Origin: Mobula hypostoma
Lineage: Eukaryota
Length of the DNA stretch: 64,000 bases
Assembly: GCF_963921235.1 (NCBI RefSeq)
Contig: NC_086097.1
Location: 241,244,001 to 241,308,000, forward strand
Direction: 5' to 3'
Shown: one piece after another, positions 49,407 to 61,704 of the stretch
Position numbering within the stretch: the first letter of the stretch is position 1
Layout: the number at the start of each line of letters is the position of its first letter
Translations under genes and position numbers: made by a program
Notes under the pieces: model-generated
What the model saw: only the letters and a program-made list of their open reading frames with translations
Told to the model about the DNA's origin: nothing
The model's database searches: none

Positions 49407-49916
49407 GGGGCTGTACGTGCCAGGATAATTGTGCACTAAGGAGCAATACTTCGACTGGCATGCAGATCCACAGGAAGCATTCCTAAGATCATGAATCCAT
49501 GCAGCCTTGCTCTGAGCCGCAGGATTTTCACTCCTGGAGGTGACTAATTGAACCAGCTCTACTATGTACACACTGATGGTTACCATAAGGGGCCTGACAG
49601 TGGCCAGCTGCTACCTGCAGCTCTGATGAAAGCTACGGATGGTAGAATTGGAGGCTTTCAAAGGTCATTTGGGAACTAATTTGAAACTAATCTGAAGCAA
49701 AACCAAGGAAAAAGAGAGGTAGTGGCAGGGGAGATCCCATGTTGTGTTATAGTAAAGGTGGGTGGAAAGGGAATAAATCTAGAAACTTTCTTTCCACAGA
49801 CTTGCTGACAACTATAGCATTTTCTGCTTTAATAAAGTTATAACCTTTCTGCAGACGAAGGGATACAGTGATATATCTTTCTGTTTTTCTGCTGTCATGT
49901 ACAATACAACAACTAT

Positions 49917-50050
49917 CGGTCCTGACGAAGGGTCTCAGCCCATAACGTCAACTTCATTCGTCTCCAGAGATGCTACCTGACCTGCTGAGTTCCTTCAGCA
50001 TTTTTGTGTGTTTCTTTGGATTTCCAGTATCTGCAGACTTTCTCTAATTT
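49917..50050 (+). mobile_element. Isolated PLE pseudo-LTR end with mutated hammerhead
   Basis: ctgacgaagggtctcagcccataacgtcaact followed by agatgctacctgacctgctgagttcc. Confidence 0.75.
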
Positions 50051-50353
50051 GTAATTACCACTGTCTGTAAGGAGTATGTACATTCCCCATTCCCCCTGTG
50101 ACTGCACGTATTTCTTCTGGTTCTCCAGTTTCTTCTCACAGTCCAAAGACTTACAGGTTAGGGTTAGTAAGTTATGGACAGACTATATCGGTGCCTGAAT
50201 GTGTGGTGACATTTGCAGGCTGGCATCCTCAGACTGTGTTTGTAGACGCAAAAGACACATTTCACTTTATGTTTTGGTGTACAAGTCAAGCTAATATTGT
50301 CTTAAGATTTGAGGTCAATGTGTATTTATGACTGAACCAGAAAACTTGACCAA

Positions 50354-51041
50354 CACTCAATGACCACTTAATGAGGTAAACCTGCACACATGCATGTTAA
50401 TACAAATCAGCAAATCACGTGGCAACAACTCAATGCGTAAAACCTATCATCTCCAAACTTGGTCACAACGCCATCAATTCCATCATCCAAATCATTAACA
50501 TATAACGTGAAAAGAAGCGATCCCAATACCGACCCCTGCAGAAGAGCGCTAGTCACCATCAGTCAACCACAATAGAATCCCACTTCATTTCCATTCTTCA
50601 CCTCAGTCAATCTTCTATCCGTGTGAGTGTCTTTCCATTCCCCATTATTTGAGTTACTGTCACTTTCCTGTCAGCTTGAACCAGTCAGGTCACTCTCCTC
50701 TAACCTCTCTCAATAACAAGGTATTTTCACCACAGGACTGGTGCTCACTCAGTGTTATTTTAGTGTTTTCACATCGTTCTCTGTAAACTCCAGAGGCTGT
50801 TGTGCATGAAAATCCCAGGAGATCAGCAGTTGCTGAGATACTTAAAGCACACTGTCCAGCATCAACAATCATACCACAGTCAAAGTCACTTATGTCACAT
50901 ATCGTCTCCATTCTGATGTTTAGTCTGAACAGCAGCTGAATCTCTTGACTATGTCTGCATGCTTTCGTGCACTGAGTTGCTGCCACATGATTGGCTGATT
51001 AGATATTTGCAGATGTACCTAATAAAGAGGCCATTGTGTGT
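50354..51041 (-). mobile_element. Tc1/mariner deletion derivative with a CR1 fragment inside
   Basis: ISDFDCGMIVDA..SISATADLLGFS on -; inverted ends cactcaatgaccactt / aaagaggccattgtgtg; CR1 piece at 50444-50642. Confidence 0.75.
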
Positions 51042-51680
51042 AACTACAAGCAGTTATCAGTACAGACTATCATTCAATGAGCTAAAAACACATTGAAAGC
51101 TTATAATTTTCTCTGAGCTACAGTATTTGCACACTGCTGAGCTGCTAAGTGGTTATGCATGCTGACATAAAGAGAATCTGTTTACACTTCCCTCCCAGGC
51201 AAGGCACCTTTGATGTCCCTGTATCTCATGTCTTTATAAGGGTAATTGATGGGTTTACTTCTAGATCAGAACATATTTAATTTTGAGGAGAAGATGATGA
51301 TCTCTCTCAGCGTGGGATTACAGAAGGCTGCACTGTTACTGAATGCCACGTAATGTAATCTATTGCAAACTGTGTATTAAAATAAACAGCATACCAGAAC
51401 GGATGATGTGAAAATTGTTTATGGTCCACTCAAAATTTCAGGTTCAAGTTCATTTATCATTATACTTGAGATTCGTCTTCTTACAGGCAGCCACAAAACA
51501 ATAGAACGCAATGTAATAAAACACAGAACAAACACCATCAAACACCCAATGTGCGGAAAAAAAAGAACAGATCGTGCAAACAAGAAAAAGTAAACAAATT
51601 ACACTCAGAACGTGAACTGCAGAGCTCACAAAAGTGAGTCCACAGCCACGAAGCCATAAAGCCAGTTCAGTGTCGCAGCC

Positions 51681-51994
51681 AATGTGTGAGCACACGGCCA
51701 AGTGGTTAAGGCGTTGGACTAGTGACCTGAAGGTCGTGAGTTCGAGCCCCAGCCGAGGGAATGTGTTGTTGAGCGAGGCACTTAATCACACATTGTTCTG
51801 CGACGACACTGGTGCCAAGCTGTACGGGTCCTAACGTCCTTCCCTTGGAAAACATTGGTGTCGTGGAGAGGGGAGACTTGCAGCATGGGCAACTGCCGGT
51901 CTTCCATACAACCTTGCCCAGGCCTGCGCCCTGGAGAGTGAAGACTTTCCAGGTGCAGATCCATGGTCTCGCAAGACTAACGGATGCCTTAATC
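51681..51994 (+). mobile_element. Full-length SINE family A
   Basis: 10-bp TSD tgtcgcagcc at 51671-51680 and 51995-52004; nested in a family D element. Confidence 0.9.
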
Positions 51995-52667
51995 TGTCGC
52001 AGCCGGTCCAGGAGCCCACTGGATAAAAGCCACAGCCACAACCATGGAGCTTGTTTACTGCAGAGGTGAGATAAAACTCACGGAGCAGTGAACGGAACAC
52101 CGGCTCGTCCAGCCTGGGGTGGTGGTAGAGGCAGATACACTAAGCGCATTTAAGAAACTCTCAAATAGGCAAATGGATGATAAGCAAACGAATGATTGAA
52201 AAATGGATGGCTACATAGGAAGAAGGGTCAGATTAGTTTAAGAGTATGTTATAATGTCAGCACAACATCATGGGCTGAAGGGCCTGTACTGTGCTGTAGT
52301 GTTCTTTGCTTTATGTTAGGGCTTTGATGCTTAGCCACACCAGCGACCAAAGCCACATTTTCAGCCCCTTAGTTCAGAGAGTGGTGGGCGGATGGATTGC
52401 CCTGCCATGGATGGTGGTGGAGGCTGATACCTTAGGGGCATTTAAAAAACTCTTATATTGGCACATGGATGATAGATAAATGGAGGGTTACGTCAGAGGG
52501 AAGAGTTAGATTGATCTTAGAGTAGGTTAAAAGGTCGGCCAGAGTCCGTACTGTTCTGTAATGTTCACTGTACATTGAAACACACACTGAATTGCTTTGT
52601 TTGTGCTAACCACCAACACAAGCTAAGGATATGCTGGGGCAATCTAATATGTCCATATACAAATATA

Positions 52668-53030
52668 TCAGAATCAGGATCAGAACCAGAATCCTTTATT
52701 ATCGCCAAGTATGTGGACGCATACAGGGAATTTGATGCCGGTTTCCCTGAGCTCTCGCTGTACAGAATCAAAAAGCAAACAAAACAATAGTGCAAATAAT
52801 CGTGAACTATATACAATGAGGTATACCTGTGTATGTACAGGGGGACTTGGTTTATAATAGACTAAAATTCAAGTGTTCATAAGACTGATGTCATACGGAA
52901 AGAAACTGTTCTTGTACCTATTTGTCCTGGCATACAGTGATCGAGCAAGCAGCATCATTGTAGACCCATCACACCCTGGACATCACCAGTTCCAACTCCT
53001 TCCTTCTGGTAGGCGCTTTAGATCACTGTA
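52668..53030 (-). mobile_element. Rex1/Babar 3' end with inverted 5' segment
   Basis: Minus-strand tail 52668-52941 joined to + strand RASSIIVDPSHPGHHQFQLLPSGRRFRSL at 52941-53030. Confidence 0.8.
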
Positions 53031-53043
53031 TATTCAATCAGAA

Positions 53044-53619
53044 TGGTTGTTGTGATGTGCCTAGTGTGGTAGTGTAGTAGGTGCTTGTCACCCTCACTTT
53101 CAGCTTCCACCACAGGAGAGGTGAACGTATAAGTCTCTCCCTACCAGTTCATGGCCTCTCCAGAAGCAAACCTCCTGTAGTGCCTCTTCACTGGTGACAC
53201 ATGGAAACTGAATTCCTGAGTCTGAGCTACAGAGGATGGGGAGGAGGTCTGGCCCCTGCACACGTAGCACGCAGGTTCATCGGCGTGTGGATACACCCTG
53301 GTGCTCGTGAACCAGATCCCTAGCTATGAGTAAGTAGCCCCATGGTCTTGTGGGCAGCCTTGGGAGAGACGAAAGGCTACGGGATTAAACCTGGAGTGGA
53401 GCCCCTAAGGCAGCATTGAATATCCTTCCGGCAGCTCCTGCAGCCGAGCCGGTGCCAAACATATCGCTTCATGAGCTTTCCTTTGGATACACGGGTGAAC
53501 CCGAGAGGGGGATCGTGACAGCTGGGTATCTCAGGATCTCCATACCTTCTACCCAAGCTTGTGATGATGATCATCATCACCCATTGTTCTTCAGGACAGA
53601 TAGATGGCAACCAGCCAGC
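53044..53619 (+). mobile_element. Non-autonomous retroelement (RTE-related) sharing its 3' module with SINE A
   Basis: 9-bp direct repeat caatcagaa at 53035-53043 and 53620-53628; ggagcccctaaggca, ggtgccaaac and ttcctttgga motifs; (ccag)n tail. Confidence 0.65.
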
Positions 53620-53702
53620 CAATCAGAAAAAGTTTTCCAGACTCAACTGAACAGAAACTTAGGGCATGTTGAAACTGCAATGAAAACCCACCATATTATC
53701 AT

Positions 53703-54382
53703 GGAGAAGATGGCGGCACGACGCAGCGCACGCGGCCACTTCGGTGGTGATGTCTGTAATCTGTCAAGTAGGGGACCGTGCACAGTTCTGATTTGATGGA
53801 GACAGACGTGAGAGTATAGAGGAACATCTGGAGAAACTTCTGAAATGCCCGCTTCGCTGCAGCTGTTACTGTGTGGACCGGAATCTCCGGAAGAGAAGGC
53901 CCCGAATCCTTGGCTTTGCTTGTTTCGGCAGCCGGGCAAGGTCAAAGGTGCTCGATAGAGGGTGGCGCTCGGGAGGCTGTATCAGAGGGGCTGGTCAGAG
54001 GCTCAAAGTTTTTGGACAGATGGACTCAGTGTTGGCTGTGGTCGGCTGCTTCCAATGCATCAGCAGTTGTCAGTGCCTGGTGGTTTATGGCATGGAATTT
54101 CTCCCTTTGCCGCCACTATTGGGGGCTCAGGAGTCGATCGACTCGGGACTTTGAGACTTTTTTTTACCATGCCCATGGTCTGTTCTTTATCAAATTATGG
54201 TGTTGTTTTGCACTGCTGTAACTATATGTTATAATTATGTGGTTCTGTCAGTGTTAGTCTTTGGTTTGTCCTGTTTTTCTGTGATATCACTCTGGAGGAA
54301 CATTGTATCATTCCTTAATGCATGCATGCATTTCTAAATGACAAATAAACGAGGACTGAGTGTTCTCATAATCTAAAAATCT
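53703..54382 (+). mobile_element. Family B non-autonomous element
   Basis: Full-length homolog of 16767-17420. Confidence 0.88.
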
Positions 54383-56289
54383 ATTATATGGCTAGCTAAT
54401 ATATCCAAGCCTAAAAATTGGATCCTCTCTGCTACCTTGGGTTGAAATTGCACTCCTGGGGAAGGGGGCCTGAGAAACTCTTTGCATGATTCACCTGAAC
54501 CTGACTAATGGTTTTCCACCAATAGTTACCCACCTAATGGTGACAGAGGTTCAAGCGTAAAGAGTTCCCCTACTTATGTGTTACAGAAAGCGGAGCTTCT
54601 CGTCGCAACCAATTACCTTTAGCTAACAGAGGCAAGGAGGCCAGGATGAGTCCTGTGCAGTCACAGGAAGAACCTACAAATACCTTACATACAGTGCCAG
54701 ACTTCAACCTGGGCTACTCGCGCCGTAATAGCGTTACGCTAACCACTACGCTACTGCGCCGCCTTGAACTGCTGCCAGTTTTCAGGCACCACGGCAATTG
54801 AAGCAGGTGGTCAAACTTTGCCCTTAGTAATGGCTCTTCTGCTTGTGTACCAACATCTGGGGTATTGCCTTGAGCGGCTTTAGAGAGGATACAGAGGAGA
54901 TTTACCTAGGATGCTGCCTGGATGTGAAGCCATGTCCTATGAAGATAAGTCAAGAGAGCTAGAGTTTTCTCTTTGGAGTGAACAATGAGGCATAAATTGA
55001 TTGTCAGAGAGTTTTTCCTACAGCAGAAATGGCTAACACTAGGAGGCATAATTTTAGGGTGACTGGAGATGTTAGTGGTGGATTCTTTACACAGAGAGTG
55101 GTGAATGTGCAGATTTCCCTGCCATGGGTGATGATAGAGATACATTAGGGGCAACTAAAAAACTCTTAGATAGGCACATGATGATCAAAAAAATGGAGGA
55201 TTATATAGGAAGGAAGTGTTAGATTGATCTTTGAGCAGGTTAAAAGGCCACACCAACAGTCCGCAGTAAATTGCTAATATATGTAAATGTATATGGAGAA
55301 TAAAGTTGCTCCTTGAACCTTGATTGTGGCTTAGACTTTAAACAGAGATGTGCATCACAACATTATGATTACTTCTTTCCCCCATTGTGTTCTCTGTTTT
55401 AAGGAGGAAGAAAAGGTCAAGGAGAAGGAAGGGTGAAAGACTGATAAGTACTATGCCTCCAAGCATCACCCAGACTTGCAGATGTCCACCTCACAAATTG
55501 TACAACCACGAAACATTGATGTTTCCCACAAGCATTTTCTGAGAAGGGTCTATTTATCCCTTACTGTGGCTTTTTTTTTGTTAACCAGCAGGATTATCTA
55601 TTCTGTTTAAAAAAAAATATCCAGAGAACTTTTCCACTTTCAAGCTGCCTCTAGTGATGCTAATCAAATCAGATATCAACAGTTCATCATTCCTTGTTCA
55701 GGCAAACAAAGGCTTCCAACAGAGCAGGGGAAGAACAATCAGTTTCTTATGAATATGTGATTCCCACAAGACTCATTGATGCGGCGTCTATGCCTTCAAA
55801 GACCACGTCTAAAAGTCCCGTCAACTTCATGAACTGGAGCAGTCCTAGATTCTTCACTGTTTTTGGCATTGAATTCATTTTTGAAAATATTCACGGCTGA
55901 AAGCAATAGATTTTTGGGTACAAAGGGTCTCTGGGGATATGGTGGCTATCCAGAAAAGAGGACTAGGCGATGGATCCTGCTGATCTGTGGATCAGGCTGG
56001 GAATGCTGTGTGGACAGCTCCAGCTTCCTATTTTACATTCTGTTCCATCTGAGAACTAACCATGATTGGCTTTTTCTTGGCAAACCAGGGCACATGGATT
56101 GTTCAGCCACAACAATGTGGCAGGACGCTGATGGGAGAGAAGGGTGAGCGAGTTCGATATTGTCCAATAGCATTAACTCGACAATGCAAGACAGAGGCCT
56201 AGTACAGGTTCAAGCAGCATACATCTGCTATCAAGGATTATTGCAAGGATACACTAGAGTTTCCAAGTTTCTTTCCCAATGATTCTTTT

Positions 56290-57097
56290 TGGAGGTGGAG
56301 TGGAGTGACGATGGCGCTAGACAGCAACTCCTTGCTTGCATCTTCGGGAAAAACTCTATCTCTATTTTTCCCTTTCAGGGTTCTTTTGAAAACCCTGACC
56401 TGGAGTTACACACTGACTACGGTTCTTTGCGGGAATGGGACCTGCCTTCGGGGTTTCATAACCGGCCGTTGTTGTTCGGCACGCCATGGGCTCAGCCTAA
56501 GAGTCCGGCTTGGCTTTGGAGGCCGAGAATCTCAGGGCTCTGCAGATGGGTGGATCGAAGGTCGGTGTCAGGGCAGGAGGCCTGTATGTCATCGGGGGAA
56601 TCAGAATATCTGCAGCTGTGTGCCCAGATCTTTGGGCCACAGAGCTCCAGAAAAGTGACGTAACGGACTTTTAACATTGTAAACCAGCGAGTTGTTTGTT
56701 ACGTTTCCCCGCTCATTGTGAAAACGGAGACACCTCTTTCTCCCTTATTAGGGAGAGAGAGAGCCTGTGGTTTGTCGAATACCGGGTAAAATGCGAAGTC
56801 TTTGGGGTAACTGCAAGTCTGGGTCTTTGCTGTTGCTTTACTCAGATTTGAGTGCTCGGTGGCGGGTGCCAATGCCTTTTTTGCCAGTGAGGGGAGAGAG
56901 GATTGTTGCTTGCTGCAGCTTACGCGCAAGAGGGAGGGGAGCTGGGGGGGGGGGCTTCGGGGTTTCAACATTTAACTGTCATTCATTCTTTGGGGCAGTC
57001 CTCTGGTTTCATGGATGGTTGCAAAGAAAAAGCATTTCAGGATGTATATTGTATGTATTTCTCTGACATTAAATGTACCTTTGAAACCTTTGAAACC
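56290..57097 (+). mobile_element. About 800-bp non-autonomous LINE-like element
   Basis: gatggcgc head, CpG-rich body, family-D-like 3' end with attaaa and repeated cctttgaaa tail; no credible ORF. Confidence 0.55.
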
Positions 57098-57374
57098 AAT
57101 GTCTTAAAATTTTAGGCAAATCAGCAAAAAAAAAGTTGTTCCCAGAATCAAGAACATGCCCTCTTCTCATTACTACCATCAGAGAGGAGGCATAGGCATG
57201 TGAGGAGGCATACACGGGAAATGTTTTAGGAACTGCTTCTTCCCTTCCAGCAGCTGATTTTCTCAATGGAAAATTAGCTCATCAACACTACCTCACTTTC
57301 TTCTCTCATTTTCACAACTTATTAACATTTATAATTAGTTGTAACTGAGAGTAACTTTTAATATATGCCTTCCG

Positions 57375-57775
57375 CTGTAAATTATAGGCCGGTGAGCCTG
57401 ATATCAGTAGCATGGCTTTGTGAGTGGTAGGCCATGTCTAAACAATCTTATAGAGTTTTTTGAGGAAGTTACCTGGAAAGTTGATGAAGGCAAGGTAGTG
57501 GATTTTGTCCGCATGGGCTTCTGTAAGGAATCTGACAAGGTCCCACATGCGAGGTTGGTCAAGAAGGTTCAGACGCTGGGCATTCGAGATGAGATAGTAA
57601 ATTGAATTAGGGATTGGCTTTGCAGGGGAAGCCAGAGAGTGGGAGTAAATGGTTGCCTCTCTGACTGGAGGCCTGTGACTATTGGAGTGCCACAGAGATT
57701 GGTGCTGGGTCCATTGTTGTTTGTCACCTATATGAATGATCTGGCTGAACATGTGGTTAAGTGGATCGGCAAATC
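57375..57775 (+). mobile_element. CR1 RT fragment truncated just before FADD
   Basis: NYRPVSL, CLNNLIEFFEEVT, DKVPH, GVPQRLVLGPLLF. Confidence 0.85.
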
Positions 57776-58530
57776 GACTCGACCCAGGAACAGCGGATGA
57801 CAGGCTCTCGACTCGACCCAGGAACAGCGGACAACAGGCTCTCAACTCGACCCAGGAACTGCGAACAACAGGCTCTCAACTCGACCCAGGAACTGCGGAC
57901 AACAGGCTCTCAACTCGACCCAGGAACTGCGGACAACAGGCTCTCAACTCGACCCAGGAACAGCGGACAACAGGCTCTCGACTCGACCCAGGAACTGCGG
58001 ACAACAGGCTCTCAACTCGACCCAGGAACTGCGGACGACAGGCTCTCGACTCGACCCAGGAACTGCGGGCGACAGGCTCTCGACTCGACCCAGGAACTGC
58101 GGACGACAGGCTCTCGATTTGACCCAGGAACAGCGGACAGCAGTCTCCTGACTTGACCCAGGAACCGCAGATGACAGGCTCTCGACTCGACCCAGGAACT
58201 GCGGACAGCAGGCTCCTGACTTGACCCAGGAATAGCGGACAGCAGGCTCTCAACTCGACCCAGGAACTGCGGGTGACAGGCTCTCGACCCGACCCAGGAA
58301 CTGCAGACGACAAGCTCTCGACTCGACCCAGGAACCGCAGATGACAGGCTTTGGACTCGGCCCAGGAACCGCAGACAACAGGCTCTCGACTCGACCCAGG
58401 AACCGCAGACGACAGGCTTTGGACTCGGCCCAGGAACCGCAGACAACAGGCTCTCAACTCGACCCAGGAACTGCGTCGACAGGCTCTCGACTCGACCCAG
58501 GAACTGTGGACGACAGCCTCTCAACTTGAC
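57776..58530. repeat. CpG-rich 34-bp minisatellite, about 22 units
   Basis: Unit gacccaggaactgcggac(a/g)acaggctctc(a/g)actc at 57781, 57815, 57849 and onward. Confidence 0.97.
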
Positions 58531-58719
58531 TCTTTCTCGGCGGCCCGGAACAAGCATAGCCGCACTGCTGAGGTGACGAACCAGCAGTGAGCAGACGTTA
58601 GCCGGAGTGATTATGCTACCGGTTCGAATGTGGATCGGGTGCCCTAATCAAGGAGCTCAGTGGAACATGGGGAAAAGGAAATTATCTGAAATGAGGAGTC
58701 AACAGACCGGACTGTGACA

Positions 58720-59500
58720 AACCCCTTTTGTTCAAGAGCCTGTTGGTGGAGGGGCCGCAACTGTTCCTGAAACTGAGGTCTTGATGTTCTTAAACCTTCT
58801 TCCTGATGGCTGCAGTGACAAGAGAGCATGGCCTTGGGTGGTGGGGGCCTCTGATGACGGATGCTGCTTTCCTGCAAAAGCGTTTCATGTAGATGTGCTC
58901 AGTGGTTGGGAGGTCTTTACCCGTGATGGACTGGGCTGTACCCACTACTTTTTGTAGGACTTTCTATTCAAGAGCATTGTTAATTCCATAGTGGGCTGAG
59001 ATGCAGCCTGTAAATATACTCTCCAGAACACATCTATAGAAGTTTGTCAAACCTCTACAAACTCCTATGGAGGTAGAGGCACTGCACTGTTTTCTTTGTA
59101 ATGTGCTGGGTCCAGGACAGATCCCTTGAAACAGTGACACACAGCGATTTAAAGTTGTTAACCCTCAACACCTCTGATGCTCGGATGAGGTTTGGCTCAT
59201 GGACCTCTGGTTTCCATTTCCTGAAGTCTATAATCAATTCCTTGGTCTTGCTGACAGTGAGTGAGAGGTTGTTGTTATGACACCACTCAGCCAGATCATG
59301 TCCATACATTCAAGGAGATGCCTCAGAAGGGCAGCATCTGTCATAAAGGACCCCCATCACCCAGGACATGCCCTCTTCCCATTGCTATCATCAAGGTAGA
59401 GGTACAGGAGCCTGATGGCACACACTCAATGTTTTAGGAACAGCTTCTTCCCTTCCACCATCAGACTTCTGAATGGACACTGAATCCATGAACACTACTT
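58720..59500. mobile_element. Two divergently oriented Rex1/Babar fragments
   Basis: LAEWCHNNNLSLTVSKTKELIIDFRK on - (to 59300); KDPHHPGHALF..NSFFPSTIRLLN on +. Confidence 0.75.
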
Positions 59501-59629
59501 CACTATTTTTCCACTCTTTTTGCTCTATTTATTTAAGTTAATTTTGGAAATATTTTTATTATTATAATTAGCCACTATTTCAAAGGTTCAAAGCGTTCAA
59601 GTGTTCAAACCTTCATTTATTATCAAAGG

Positions 59630-60175
59630 CATGTGTACTGTGTTCAGTTCTGGTCACCCCACTGCAGGAAGGATGTGGGTACTTTAGAGAGTGCAGAGGA
59701 GATTTACAAGGATCTTGCTTGGATTGAAGAGCATGCCTTATGAGAATAGGATGAGTGAACTTGGCCTTTTCTCCTTGGAGAGACGAAAGATGAGGGGTGA
59801 CCTGATAGAGGTGTACAAGATGATGAGAGGAGGCCTTGATCATGTGGATAGCCAGAGGCTTTTTCCCAGGGCTGAAATGGCTAACATGAGGGGGGCATAG
59901 TTTTAAGGCACTTGGAAGTAGGTACAAGGGGGATGTCAGAGATATGCTTTTCACACAGAGAATGGTGGGTGCGTGGAATACACTGCCAGAGAAGGTGGTA
60001 GAGGCGGATACAATAGGGTCTTTTAAGAGATTCTTAGATAGGTACACGGAGCTTAGAAAAATAGAGGCTATGCAGTAGGGAAATTATAGGCAGCTTCTAG
60101 AGTAGGTTGCATGGTAAACTCAAAATTGTGGGCTGAAGGGCCTGTGATGTGCTGTAAATTTCTATATTTCTATGC
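59630..60175 (+). mobile_element. CR1 3' fragment
   Basis: QRRFTR..LGLFSLERRKMRGDLIEVYK; ttctat tail. Confidence 0.85.
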
Positions 60176-61704
60176 ATCCACATACAACTCTGAAATTCAC
60201 TTTTTCCAGATAGCCACGAAACAAAGAAAGAACATGAAAGCCGTTCAGAGAAAAACATCAAACCCACCCCCACCACACAAAACAGTACAGAATGCTAATC
60301 CCCCCAAACACCCTCTCCTCGCACAAAAAATAACGGAAAATGAACGAGCGATAAAAAAACACAGAATATAAAAAAAGCCTAAGTCTGAAAAAGTTCACAG
60401 TTTATAAATGTAGAACCACGATATCATCCTCCAATATCACCGACATTCATTGAAGGAGAGGGACACCACACGAGGCAGAGAGGCCTACCTGCCTACCAAG
60501 CGAGCCCCACACAGCAATAGGTCACTCACAGATTCCTTCTCCGGGAGTGGTCAAAAGTAAGGCAGTCGGCATTGAACTCTCATCTGCCTTCCTCATTCAC
60601 CTCGATGTCCCAATCTTCCTCGACGCTTTAATTGGCGATTAACGGACACTTCAACGTGCAAAATGGAGTCGAACATTGGCTGACACTCCATCTCGAAATT
60701 TCTTCGCATTGAAGCTGTCCGAGTACAGGCTCACTTCCCAGAGTCTTCTTGGAGACAGCAAAGCGCTAGATCACTCAAACAGTCTTCAAACTGTAAATTG
60801 CAGGCTTTAACAGTCCCAGAAACACACTTAAGATGAAAAACAGATTTAAAAGAAGTAAAAAAGACATTTTCGTGAGCTATCTGAACTATTTGCGACTCCT
60901 CATGAAATAAAGAGCTCTTTCTATTGCCTGTTGTTTATATTGTCTGTTCCTCTCCTATCAGGGAGTGGGCTATGCAGTATCCAAATCAGGACCACCAGAC
61001 TCAAAAACAGTTACTCTCCCCAAGTAGTGAGGCTGATCAACATCTACACCCACTAACCCACCCCTCCACACCCCCAACCACCACTACTTTATCAGTTCCT
61101 GTCAGTCACTATAGATAGACCGATAGATAGATAGACTTCATTGATCCCGAGGGAAATTGGGTTTCGTTACAGCCGCACCAACCAAGAATAGAGCATAAAT
61201 ATAGCAATACAAAAACCACAAATAACCAAACAACAAAGTGTACAGACACTCCTGTGTGTAGTGTCACTTTATGGACTTCAATCAATTTCTGTATATAAGC
61301 TATCTTGTGTATTTATATTTATTGCATTTTTTATTATTGTTTTCTTTATTTTAGTGTGTTTTTTACGATGCATCGGATCCAGAGTAACCATTATTTTGTT
61401 TTCCTTTACACTCATATACTGCAAATGTCATTAAGCAATAAGGCCATGAGACCATAAGATATATGAGCAGAAATTAGGCCATTTGGCCCATCAAGTCTGC
61501 TCCGCCATTTCATCATGACTGATCCATTTCCCTCTCAGCCCCAGTCACCCTGCTTTCTCCCCGTATCCCTTCATGCCCTGACTAATCAAGAATCTATCAA
61601 CATCTGCCTTAAATGTACCGAATGACTTGGCCTCCACAGCCACCTGTGGCAACGAATTGCACAGATTCATCATTTAAATCTTGCTTTAATCTTGAATCAT
61701 GAAG

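Noticed and set aside
48931..49461. 176-aa His/Thr-rich ORF
   Set aside because: Translation of (CA)n-rich minisatellite
57776..58530. CRISPR-like array
   Set aside because: Units are contiguous with no unique spacers, there are no cas genes and the context is vertebrate
57736..58590. Overlapping 128-193 aa ORFs on both strands
   Set aside because: By-product of a stop-poor 34-bp repeat; periodic peptides in several frames
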